DNA of 64,000 bases from a virus (lineage: Duplodnaviria; Caudoviricetes): positions 10,092-74,091 of IMG/VR virus record IMGVR_UViG_2933206877_000003. One strand, written 5' to 3'. Under the pieces are notes generated by a model. It was not told the DNA's origin, made no database searches, and worked only from the letters and a program-made list of their open reading frames with translations. Below, piece after piece: positions 38,200 to 46,470 of this stretch (position 1 is its first letter; every line of letters starts with the position of its first letter). A program made the translations under genes and the position numbers.

Positions 38200-39405
38200 T
38201 CAGGCCCGGGTGAGCAGCATCAGCCGCTTGTGGGCCTTGTTCTTCATGTCGTCGTCGGCGCCTTCGAGGGCGGCGGTGGCGCGGGCCATCTCCTCGGTCA
38301 TGGTCTTGCCGGGGCGGCGTGGGGCGACGTGGTCGAGGTAGCCGGTGATGGCCCGCTCGGCGGCGTAGGCGGTGCGGCCGACGCGCTCGGTCTCGGTGCG
38401 GAAGACGTCGTCGAGGGCGCCGAGCCGTGCGGCGTGGTTGTTCTTGGTCCTGTCGGTGGCGTCGTCGTCGAGGGGCCACAGATCGGCGATGACCTTGCGG
38501 AAGTCGGTGACGGCCATGTCCGTCCGGGCGAGCGCGGTCTCCTCGGCGGCGTACTTCTCGAAGTAGTCGAGGGACAGACCGAGGGTGCGGCGGGCTTCCT
38601 TGATCTGGTCGACGGCGCCTGCGGTGTGGCGGACGGCCCAGCGGGTGTGTGCGTCGCGTACGGCGAACCGCTCGGTGTTGGCGCAGACGGGGCGCCACGG
38701 GGTGACGACGCACTGGAAGGTGCCCTGCCCGGTGTGGTCGTTCATGACGGCCACGTACGGGACGATCGTGTCGTTGATGCCGTCCGCCTCGATCGCGACC
38801 GTTTCGGGGAGCCGGATGGAGATGAACACCCGGCGACCGCCCTTGATGACTCCGGCGGACTCCCAGACCACGTCGTAGCGTCCGACCAGTTCCTGAAGGA
38901 ACTCGAAGCCCTGCCGGTTCTGGATCGGCTCGTATCGGCGGCCGACGACGCCGAGCGCGGCGCCGCTGTCCTCCCGGACCGTGTGGAAGTGGTCGGAGTG
39001 CTCGCGGAGTTCGCCGCCCCACTGGTACAGGGCGGGGACGGTGGTGACGGTGAAGTCGAGACCGCCCGCGCGGAGCACCGTGTCGATGTCGGTGATGCCG
39101 CCGGGGATGATCTGACCGAGGCCGTGCCAGGCCGGGGACGACGCGTACAGGGCGATCGTGCCGTCCGCCCGGGAGTCGAGGCCGTGGTTCGCGAGGATCG
39201 CGTCGATGGCGCCCTGTGCGTTCCGGGAGACGGTGAACCGCTCGCCCCGGTCCCAGCCGGTGAGTACCTCGTACTGCTCGCCACCGACGAGGCGGATCTC
39301 GCCCCGGTCGATGCGGGCCTGGAACGCCTGCTCGCGGCTTCGCGCGGCGTCGATCTGGTGGGTCTTCTCGTCGGCGAACGCGGTGTTGACGTCGGTGATG
39401 GTCAC
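38200..39405 (-). CDS. DUF932-family protein
   Basis: PAWHGLG, LGVVG.RY.PIQN, ESAG...GGRRVF, RPVCANT, RHT. Confidence 0.88.
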   Translation of the reverse strand: MTITDVNTAFADEKTHQIDAARSREQAFQARIDRGEIRLVGGEQYEVLTGWDRGERFTVSRNAQGAIDAILANHGLDSRADGTIALYASSPAWHGLGQIIPGGITDIDTVLRAGGLDFTVTTVPALYQWGGELREHSDHFHTVREDSGAALGVVGRRYEPIQNRQGFEFLQELVGRYDVVWESAGVIKGGRRVFISIRLPETVAIEADGINDTIVPYVAVMNDHTGQGTFQCVVTPWRPVCANTERFAVRDAHTRWAVRHTAGAVDQIKEARRTLGLSLDYFEKYAAEETALARTDMAVTDFRKVIADLWPLDDDATDRTKNNHAARLGALDDVFRTETERVGRTAYAAERAITGYLDHVAPRRPGKTMTEEMARATAALEGADDDMKNKAHKRLMLLTRA

Positions 39406-39436
39406 GGTGACCCCTTCGGATGGTGGGTGTCTGTCG

Positions 39437-39511
39437 TGGTGGGCCCGGTCGGAGTTGAACCGACGACCGGCGGTTTTAAGGCGCCTGCTCTGACCGCTGA
39501 GCTACGGGTCC
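39437..39511 (-). tRNA. tRNA with UAA anticodon (bldA-type anticodon) on a short-variable-loop body; CCA encoded
   Basis: GGACCCG-TA-GCTC-AGCGGTCA-GAGC-A-GGCGC-CTTAAAA-CCGCC-GGTC-GTCGG-TTCAACT-CCGAC-CGGGCCC-A-CCA. Confidence 0.85.
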
Positions 39512-39560
39512 GGGTGGCGGCCGGGCCGGGGGGGGATGAGCCCGGCCGCCGGTCTGTTGC

Positions 39561-39806
39561 TCAGCCGCAGGCGGCGGAGCGGGTGAGGGATTCGCGGCGG
39601 ACGTGGTGCGGGCCGGGCCGTTCGCCCCAGGGGTCGCCGAGCGCGAAGCGGGCGTCCGGCAGGCCGAGGACGTCCATCGCGCGGCAGATCTGGCAGGGGC
39701 ACGGGATGGCGAGCCAGAGACCGTGCAGGGACCGGATGGACCCGTGGTAGATGACCAGGTCTCCCGGCTCGATCAGATCGAGTGACCGGATCAGCGTGTC
39801 CGACAT
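39561..39806 (-). CDS. Hypothetical protein
   Basis: GDLVIYHGS...CPCQIC...HVRRES. Confidence 0.65.
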   Translation of the reverse strand: MSDTLIRSLDLIEPGDLVIYHGSIRSLHGLWLAIPCPCQICRAMDVLGLPDARFALGDPWGERPGPHHVRRESLTRSAACG

Positions 39807-39831
39807 GACTCCCCCTCGGGCGATCGGTGGG

Positions 39832-40191
39832 CTACGGGTGGTTGCGGACGGGTCCGTTGCCGGGCGTCCACCGCATGGCGTCGCCGCTGACGAACGTGGC
39901 CCGGTGGGGACGCACTGTCGGTGCGGCGGGGATGTGGCGGTGTCCGGCGGTGCGGCCGTATCGGTCCCACGCGGCCCTGAGAACGTGGGTCTCTTCCGGC
40001 CGGTAGGCCATGACCTTGCGGAATCGGCCGTTGATCCACCGGAAGGCTCGGCCGGGTTCACGCCGGTAGCTCTGCCGGTAGATCTCGGCGGCGACTCGGC
40101 CGAGCGGAGAGCCATAGCGCCAGTCGGCCGGGAGACCCCGCTGAACGAGGTATTCGGCGACCGTGATTCGGCGGCTGACCAGCACAGACAT
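39832..40191 (-). CDS. Basic hypothetical protein
   Basis: GGGAGG RBS; first gene after promoter. Confidence 0.65.
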   Translation of the reverse strand: MSVLVSRRITVAEYLVQRGLPADWRYGSPLGRVAAEIYRQSYRREPGRAFRWINGRFRKVMAYRPEETHVLRAAWDRYGRTAGHRHIPAAPTVRPHRATFVSGDAMRWTPGNGPVRNHP

Positions 40192-40233
40192 GGCTTCCCT
40201 CCCCGGTTCGGAGTCCCTTGCTTCTCTTCCAGG

Positions 40234-40271
40234 ATAGGCCGAGAATGCGGCCTATGGAAGGGGTAAGTCAA
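40234..40271 (-). promoter_or_regulatory. Promoter with palindromic operator over the -10 box
   Basis: TTGACT-18nt-CATTCT; ATAGGCCG-N6-CGGCCTAT brackets the -10. Confidence 0.6.
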
Positions 40272-40305
40272 AGAAAGTACGAGACATTCCGAGAGGGTCT
40301 TTGAC

Positions 40306-40629
40306 ATGACGACACTGCACGACAGGCCGGGTATCTGGCCTACGGAACATGCGATGATCAACGCCATGGCCCGCAGCAACTACGAACCGCCCGACGATGC
40401 GGCCGAACTTTTCGCCCGGATCAAGAGGGCTCACGACACCCTCCGGGAACTGCGCGGCCCGCTCCAGGAGATGGCCGTCCGCGAGATGCGGGAGGGCGGG
40501 GCCACCGTCGGCGACCTCGCCCGTCTCACCGGCTACGACCCGGAGAAGTACCGGCTCATGGCCAGGGCCGCCGGCGTCGAGCGCCGGCGGCCGCCGACCC
40601 GGGGCCAGGTCAGCGACTCAAGCGACTGA
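40306..40629 (+). CDS. Small HTH regulator
   Basis: ATVGDLARLTGYDPEKYRLMAR; divergent from tRNA cassette. Confidence 0.7.
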   Translation: MTTLHDRPGIWPTEHAMINAMARSNYEPPDDAAELFARIKRAHDTLRELRGPLQEMAVREMREGGATVGDLARLTGYDPEKYRLMARAAGVERRRPPTRGQVSDSSD

Positions 40630-40640
40630 CCCTCCCAACA

Positions 40641-41207
40641 TCAGCCGACATGGTTCGCCGTCAGCAGGTACAGCCGGGTTCCCTCGTAGCGGGCCGGCTG
40701 CCCAGTCTCGCCGTCCTCACAGGCATCGTTGATGCACCAGGCGCGCGGCCGGTCATCGTCCGCGCGGCCATACACGGTCCGCTGCCCACACGTCAGGCAG
40801 AGGGCGTGCCGGAAGTGCACGCTGGGCCCGCGCAGGCCCAGCACGGTGAGCACCGTGCCGTGCCACCGGCTGACCAACTGCCGTACCTCCGGCTCACGAC
40901 CAGCATTCTCGGCGCCCGGCGGAATCGCGGGCAGAGCCCGGTACCAGGGCTGCGTGTGCGGCGAACCGCGCAGCTCGGCGTCCAGCTGCACAGCCTCGCT
41001 CTTAATGCGCTGCGACCACGAGACGGCCTCCAGTGACGTCGGCGGTCGGGATCCCGGTGGCGCGTGGCCACCGACGGCTGGCTGCCGGGTACGGAGGCCG
41101 AGCGTGTCCAGCCGATGGAGGAGCCCGGGGCCGTCGTCGCCGGGGTGCTGCTCGTCGCCGGTGTACCGGCTGATGAGGTCGGCGACCAAGCCGTCAAGCG
41201 TCTGCAT
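40641..41207 (-). CDS. Hypothetical protein with C-terminal Zn ribbon
   Basis: PGSRPP motif, CLTC...CINDAC. Confidence 0.65.
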   Translation of the reverse strand: MQTLDGLVADLISRYTGDEQHPGDDGPGLLHRLDTLGLRTRQPAVGGHAPPGSRPPTSLEAVSWSQRIKSEAVQLDAELRGSPHTQPWYRALPAIPPGAENAGREPEVRQLVSRWHGTVLTVLGLRGPSVHFRHALCLTCGQRTVYGRADDDRPRAWCINDACEDGETGQPARYEGTRLYLLTANHVG

Positions 41208-41967
41208 GAGCCGCCCTCGTCTTCCGTGCCCAACGTGATTTGCCGCGCTCGGACTCGCAGGCGCGGCAAACGCGTTCGCCGCGCCTGCCTGGCTTCGGGT
41301 TCGGTCGGCGGTAGGTGTTCTCCGGGGTCATCTCGTGCGGCCCCTTACCGCCCTGGCAGTGCGTCGCCAACGGCTTGGTGCGCGAGCCGACCCGGCGGTC
41401 CGTACCCTTCACCGGTGGTGCGGTCTCCGGCGCGTACCAGTGAGCGCGGAACCTGCGACGGGCGGAGGTCATGCGCTGCGTCAGCGTCGAGTACTTGATG
41501 CCGAGCGCGTCCGCGGCGGCCTGGTAGTCGCCGTGCACAGCGAGCGCGACGACGGCCTCCCGCTCGGTTTCCGTGAGCACGCCCAGGATCTGCGGTACGG
41601 CAACGCGTTCGGCGATGCCCTCCTCCGGGCGTGCGGGCGGCAGGGTCCAGTACTGCCGGAACCGCTGCGACGAGGCGACCTCGTTGGTGCCGTCCTTGTC
41701 GCGTTGCCCGAACAGGTGCCGCATCTCGCGGACCTCGGCGTAGATCGCGCGCCAGCCGACGGTGAACAGATCGTGCCACTCGGGCGGCTCGGCCGCGGAG
41801 CAGAGGGCCTCGGCGATGGCGGACCAGGCGACGTCGTAGCGGGTGGTGGCGTCGGAGGCCATCGACCGGTCGTAGGAGCAGCTGGAGGCTGCCAGTTTGT
41901 GGAGGTCGCGCAGCGAGTAGCCGTGCGCCACTGGAAGTTCTGCCGCCAGGTTGTTCAGGCTGTTCAC
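41194..41967 (-). CDS. Sigma region-4-like HTH regulator with C-terminal Zn finger
   Basis: LTETEREAV...YQAAADALGI...RMTSARRRF; C..HEMTPENTY..CRAC. Confidence 0.7.
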   Translation of the reverse strand: MNSLNNLAAELPVAHGYSLRDLHKLAASSCSYDRSMASDATTRYDVAWSAIAEALCSAAEPPEWHDLFTVGWRAIYAEVREMRHLFGQRDKDGTNEVASSQRFRQYWTLPPARPEEGIAERVAVPQILGVLTETEREAVVALAVHGDYQAAADALGIKYSTLTQRMTSARRRFRAHWYAPETAPPVKGTDRRVGSRTKPLATHCQGGKGPHEMTPENTYRRPNPKPGRRGERVCRACESERGKSRWARKTRAAHADA

Positions 41968-42473
41968 CGTGTTCCCTCTCTCATCAGCGTGAACAGGTCC
42001 TCGATCTCGACGATGTCGAGCCGATCCCACGTGGCGAGGGCGTCGCGCAGCTTGACGTCCAGCTGGGCGGCGAGGGCGGCCTGCGTCCAGTGAAGGGCCA
42101 TGTCGCGCGCCTCGTCGGGCGACAGCGCGCCCTTCATGGAGCCCCGGCCGATGTGCACATACGGCTTGCCGGTCTTGGCGCCGGCGACCGCGGCGATCCG
42201 GAGAGCGCACCGGCCCTCGGGCATCGGCCGGCGCCCGCGGACCATGCCGAGCACGCCACCGAGAGTGTCGTCGTCGGCATTGAAGTCCTGCCGGAACGTC
42301 TCGATGAGGGCGATGTCGGTCTCGGCTGCGCTCGCGGCGGCCATCAGCTCGCGAGCCGTGTTCAGCACGACGAAGACGGGGATGACCCCGCCGGTGCTCC
42401 CCCACCGCATCAGGCAGGCCGGCTGGCCGTCATCGTCCAGGGTCGACTGGATCGTGCATATCCCGTCAGGCAT
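41964..42473 (-). CDS. Hypothetical protein
   Basis: Coupled ORF. Confidence 0.6.
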   Translation of the reverse strand: MPDGICTIQSTLDDDGQPACLMRWGSTGGVIPVFVVLNTARELMAAASAAETDIALIETFRQDFNADDDTLGGVLGMVRGRRPMPEGRCALRIAAVAGAKTGKPYVHIGRGSMKGALSPDEARDMALHWTQAALAAQLDVKLRDALATWDRLDIVEIEDLFTLMREGTR

Positions 42474-42933
42474 CGGTGCCCTCCCCTGCGCTCCAGCGGA
42501 TGTTGCGGATGCCGTGGGCCAGCACTTCCATGCCGAAGCGGTCTCGCGGCAGCTCCACCCGGGCGCGCGGGTAGATGCGGTACCGCTCCAGGTCGAAGGT
42601 GCAGACGGCCTCCGTGCCGCGGCCGTCCGGGTCCGGCTCATAGCGGACCGGCCAACGGGCCACGAGCCGCCGGGCGTACCAGCGGCGGGCGTGACGTGCC
42701 TTCCACATCTGCCAGGTGGACGCCGGCACCTCGTACGGCACGCGAGTGCGCTGGGTAAGGCGCTGAGGCGGCAGGTCGTCGGCGAGGATCCTGGTCCGCA
42801 ACTGGAAGAGGAACTGCCGGAAGAGGACCTCTCGCTGTACTGAGACGTCGAGGTCCAGGAGCAGCTCCTCGGCGACCGCGAACTGCATTGCGTACTGCTT
42901 GAAGGCGAGCGTGACCCGCTCTTCGTTGAGCAC
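42466..42933 (-). CDS. Hypothetical protein
   Basis: PASTWQMWK motif. Confidence 0.6.
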   Translation of the reverse strand: MLNEERVTLAFKQYAMQFAVAEELLLDLDVSVQREVLFRQFLFQLRTRILADDLPPQRLTQRTRVPYEVPASTWQMWKARHARRWYARRLVARWPVRYEPDPDGRGTEAVCTFDLERYRIYPRARVELPRDRFGMEVLAHGIRNIRWSAGEGTDA

Positions 42934-43103
42934 TACTCGCCTCCCTCGGAACGGGAGGCGGTAATCAGCGCCTTGAGGAGTTCCAGGGCCTGCTTCTCGG
43001 TGAAGCCGGCCTCGATCCATGCGAGGAATACTTCGTGATGCAGGGCAGCCTGAGCCGCGAGTTCGGTGACCGGCGAGTCGCAAGGCTCGAAGTCGTCGGG
43101 CAC
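42933..43103 (-). CDS. Small hypothetical protein (not in ORF track)
   Basis: Manual translation ...HEVFLAWIEAGFTEKQALELL. Confidence 0.65.
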   Translation of the reverse strand: MPDDFEPCDSPVTELAAQAALHHEVFLAWIEAGFTEKQALELLKALITASRSEGGE

Positions 43104-43104
43104 G

Positions 43105-43491
43105 TCAGGCCTTCCCGTGGTTCAGGATCCGCTCGGCCGTCGACCAGGTGCCGCATGGCCAGGTGATGATCGAGCCTTGGACGGAGCAGGCCGAGCACAG
43201 CGCGCCGGGTTTCGTGGGGTCGGCGTGGGGCTGGGGGCGGTGGCTGTCGCGGAGCGCGGCCAGATCGGTGCGCACGCGCGTGATCTCGGCGCAGGCCTGG
43301 CTGCCGGCCATCAGCCCCTGACGCACGCTCTCCATGACAGCCTTGGCCTCGGCCGGGCTGGGGGTTGTGCCGGGTTCCCGGATCATCATTCGGACCATCC
43401 CGAGGACCGCGTCGGCGAGGGCCGTGTTGACCTTGTCCAGGTCGAAGGGCTGCGGGCTCGTACTCGGAGGAGTGAAGGGCAGGTCAGGCAT
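43105..43491 (-). CDS. Hypothetical protein
   Basis: H.P...CSAC...WPC motif. Confidence 0.6.
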   Translation of the reverse strand: MPDLPFTPPSTSPQPFDLDKVNTALADAVLGMVRMMIREPGTTPSPAEAKAVMESVRQGLMAGSQACAEITRVRTDLAALRDSHRPQPHADPTKPGALCSACSVQGSIITWPCGTWSTAERILNHGKA

Positions 43492-43744
43492 CGGTGGCCT
43501 CCGTGTCGGTCGGAGCAGCGCTCGTGCGTGCGTCGGCCTCGGCGCGTCGGGCGTCGAAGGTGACGATGACGTGCTCGTCGTCGGCGGACACGTAGACATC
43601 ACCCGTCCACATGCCGCCTGCGGCGAGCTGGCTGCGCTGCTGGTTGGCGACGGCCATGGCCTTGTCGACCTCGGTGTGGTGGGCCGGCCCCTTCATCTGC
43701 CACACATGCCGGTCGATCGTGATGACGTGGTGCTCGGCGCCCAT
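43484..43744 (-). CDS. Hypothetical protein
   Basis: Coupled ORF. Confidence 0.55.
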   Translation of the reverse strand: MGAEHHVITIDRHVWQMKGPAHHTEVDKAMAVANQQRSQLAAGGMWTGDVYVSADDEHVIVTFDARRAEADARTSAAPTDTEATDA

Positions 43745-44124
43745 CAGGACTCCTCAACGGTGTAGTTGGTGGTCACGTGGACCAGGCGGAACTCGAATTC
43801 GGGGTGACGCTGCCTACGTCTGGTCAGGTCGTCGGCGGCCCGCTGCCGGTCGGAGGTGGGTCGCACGGGCAGCCAGACGTCGGCGTGGCGGTACTCGACT
43901 CGCCATGCCTCGCGCGCCGGATGTGCCTCGACGGGTACCGCCGGCCACTCCACGGTCGCGCCGTGGTAGCCCTCCAGCAGGTGTTCCAGCGACGTGGCGA
44001 CCGTGGCGAAGCCGTACTCGGGGTCATCGAGGACGAACACGCGGCCGGAGGGGAACTCTGCGCCGTCGAGGTACTGACTGTCGGACAGGTGAAGGCGGAA
44101 GCCGCGGGTGAAGACGGGTTGCAT
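43744..44124 (-). CDS. Hypothetical protein
   Basis: Coupled ORF. Confidence 0.6.
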   Translation of the reverse strand: MQPVFTRGFRLHLSDSQYLDGAEFPSGRVFVLDDPEYGFATVATSLEHLLEGYHGATVEWPAVPVEAHPAREAWRVEYRHADVWLPVRPTSDRQRAADDLTRRRQRHPEFEFRLVHVTTNYTVEES

Positions 44125-44495
44125 CAGCTTTCTCCGCTCGCACGCATCAGGCGCTCGTAGATGGAGGCGCCGCTGAGCCGGTCCTCGATGTGGCCGGACC
44201 GGCCGCGTCCGGGGTCGGTGAGGCCACTGATGGCGCGGGCCACGGCGAGAGCGGGGCACGGCAGGTTGAACAGGTTCCGCCGGCTGTCGCAGTAGCCGCA
44301 CTCGCTGTCGGGCAGGTGGATGACGGCTGCGTCCTCCAACCATCGGATCAACGGCTCACGAGCGCCCAGCAGGACCCGGATCATCTCCAGCAGTTCGCGA
44401 CTGTTGCAGTCGACGAGGAAGCCATCGCAGTTCCGATCGTCGCGGAGCCGGGCCGCGGCCGCGCGCAACTCCTCGGCTGGGTTGGTAGTGGTCAC
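44124..44495 (-). CDS. Hypothetical protein
   Basis: PAEELRAAAARLR...ALAVARAI. Confidence 0.6.
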   Translation of the reverse strand: MTTTNPAEELRAAAARLRDDRNCDGFLVDCNSRELLEMIRVLLGAREPLIRWLEDAAVIHLPDSECGYCDSRRNLFNLPCPALAVARAISGLTDPGRGRSGHIEDRLSGASIYERLMRASGES

Positions 44496-44809
44496 TGGTC
44501 ACCTTCCTGAGTGCTGAGCCACTGCGGTTCGGGGGCGATGCGGAGCAGCGCCGTGCGATCCTCTGAGGCCGCGAACTCGGGGGCTTCGGGATCGACGTAC
44601 CGGTGGCCCTGGTCGTTGCGGAGGTAGGCGGTGTAGCGAATGACCGGCCCGAATGCGGTGGGCTCGATGACCATCTCGGAGTCCACCGGCACGTCGATCG
44701 GGTCGATGCCGTGCAGACGGAGCCAGCGCTGTACGGACCGGAGCCCGTCGGGCTGGCCGATCACCCTGTCCAACAGCTCGTGGCAGTCGATAACAAGACG
44801 CTCCATCAC
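44492..44809 (-). CDS. Hypothetical protein
   Basis: WLRLHGIDP.DVP motif. Confidence 0.6.
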   Translation of the reverse strand: MMERLVIDCHELLDRVIGQPDGLRSVQRWLRLHGIDPIDVPVDSEMVIEPTAFGPVIRYTAYLRNDQGHRYVDPEAPEFAASEDRTALLRIAPEPQWLSTQEGDQ

Positions 44810-45072
44810 GGCAGTGACACCTCCAGCCGCCGGCGCCCGCTGCGGTCCTGCTGCGTGGGCACGACATGGAAGCCGCCGCTGCGTAGCTCGGCCTCGATCC
44901 CCTTCAGCTGGTCGGCCTCTCCCGGGCCGTCCCAGAAGACGGTGACCATGCGCCGTCCGGCCTGGGCGACACGTACGCCCGGGTCCCAGTCACCGCCCTC
45001 GAACTCGCTGAACTCGTGGCCCTGCGCGCGGAGGTAGTCCTCGACCATCGCGGCCCTGATGCGCCGTGCCAC
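44806..45072 (-). CDS. Hypothetical protein
   Basis: Coupled ORF. Confidence 0.55.
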   Translation of the reverse strand: MARRIRAAMVEDYLRAQGHEFSEFEGGDWDPGVRVAQAGRRMVTVFWDGPGEADQLKGIEAELRSGGFHVVPTQQDRSGRRRLEVSLP

Positions 45073-45073
45073 G

Positions 45074-46213
45074 TCACACCTGCCGCTCGTGCAAGAGGCG
45101 GCACGCGGACGCGGCATCGTGCAGGACCTCGTCGAGGCTTACGCCGCTGGCGAGCGCGGTCAGGACGCGGGCGTGCTGATTCTCGACATGGGCGGCCAGT
45201 TCGCTGCGAGGGAACTGCGGAGCACCAGAGCAGTAGGGGCAAGCCTGCGTGTCGTTGGCGCCCAACGAGCCTTGCTCGGGCGGCTCGATGCGGTACCTGA
45301 GGCAGCCGCACTTCAGACAATGGCGGAACAGGGCATCGCTATGTTCAGGGTCGATGTGCCCGCACGCGCAGGGCGTGTACTCCGGTCCCTCGGGGGGCGG
45401 CAACTGGTCGTCGATGACGGGGTACACGGCCACGGTGTCGGACCAGTGGAAGCCGTGCTCGTCGATGTGGTCGCCGCGGTGCTGCGCAGCTCGGATGCAC
45501 TGGCGCTTGTCGTTGCTGAAGCGGGTGTATAGCGCCGAGCACTCGGCGGCCGCCACGTCGTCCACCCCTGACAGATCTCTGGCCTGCGCGTTCGCCTCCG
45601 AGTGGACGACTTCTGCGTCTGCGGCTGCGGAGTCGTCCAGTTCGTCGCGCAGCTCGGCGCCGGCGGCCCGCACGAGGAACATCGACGCGCCATGCGCGGC
45701 CTGCCAGCGGTCTGCCAGCTGGTAGGCCCGCCCGGCCGCCCGGCGCGCGCGATCCCGCTCTCGCTGAAGCTGTCCAACAACCAGCATCACAGCGTCGACG
45801 GCCTCCTGGGGGACGTCGACCAGGCAAAGGTGCTCGTCTCGAGCGAAGTTGATCGCCCGCTCGATCCGCCGGCGGAGGACCTCTCGTTCGGCGCCGGGGC
45901 CCGCCATCCAGCCGGGCACGTCGAAGGCCTCGACGATGTCGGCGGCCAGCTGCTGGCGAGCAGCGGTTACCTCGTCGGCCCACAGGATGCGGGTGGCGCC
46001 GCCGTGGCCGTGGATCTTTTCGAAGGGTGCCGAGCCCTTGTTGTGCCAGACGTCGGTCTTCGGCTCGTGCATCGGCGGCTGGTCGAGCCAGTGGGTGACG
46101 ACCCAGCCGTCGGAGAACTGCACGCCCTCGGCGATGACACCCTCACCGGAGATGCCGGACACGTCCTCGTCGCGCTGGGCGACGAAGGTCCGCGGGAAGC
46201 TCGGTTCGCTCAT
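45074..46213 (-). CDS. Mosaic hypothetical protein
   Basis: RDEDVSGISGEG.IAEGVQFSDG...IHGHGGAT domain plus Cys modules. Confidence 0.7.
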   Translation of the reverse strand: MSEPSFPRTFVAQRDEDVSGISGEGVIAEGVQFSDGWVVTHWLDQPPMHEPKTDVWHNKGSAPFEKIHGHGGATRILWADEVTAARQQLAADIVEAFDVPGWMAGPGAEREVLRRRIERAINFARDEHLCLVDVPQEAVDAVMLVVGQLQRERDRARRAAGRAYQLADRWQAAHGASMFLVRAAGAELRDELDDSAAADAEVVHSEANAQARDLSGVDDVAAAECSALYTRFSNDKRQCIRAAQHRGDHIDEHGFHWSDTVAVYPVIDDQLPPPEGPEYTPCACGHIDPEHSDALFRHCLKCGCLRYRIEPPEQGSLGANDTQACPYCSGAPQFPRSELAAHVENQHARVLTALASGVSLDEVLHDAASACRLLHERQV

Positions 46214-46470
46214 CGGTTGTACTCCCCTGCTTCGGCACGGTCGATCAGGAGCTGGATGTAGGTGCGGGCCTTGCAGAGGTCCTCGATGCCGTTCTTCTTC
46301 CGCCAGCGGAGCAGGTATTTCAGGGCGTTGCCCTCGTAGAAGTCCAGGCTGAAGGCGTTGATCACGTCGAAGGGCTGCATTCCGGTGCCGCGGTAGTGGT
46401 CCGGTGTCCAGTCCTTGGGCCCTGGCGCCAGCGGCGTGCTGGCGGCTTTCACGGTCTTCTCATCGGCCAT
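46210..46470 (-). CDS. DUF3310-family protein
   Basis: PDHY...GNALKYLLR..KKNGIEDL.KA..Y. Confidence 0.85.
   Translation of the reverse strand: MADEKTVKAASTPLAPGPKDWTPDHYRGTGMQPFDVINAFSLDFYEGNALKYLLRWRKKNGIEDLCKARTYIQLLIDRAEAGEYNR

Noticed and set aside
38030-39511. tRNAs as prophage attachment sites or host genes
   Set aside because: Embedded mid-phage, no integrase or duplicated 3' fragment nearby, atypical anticodons
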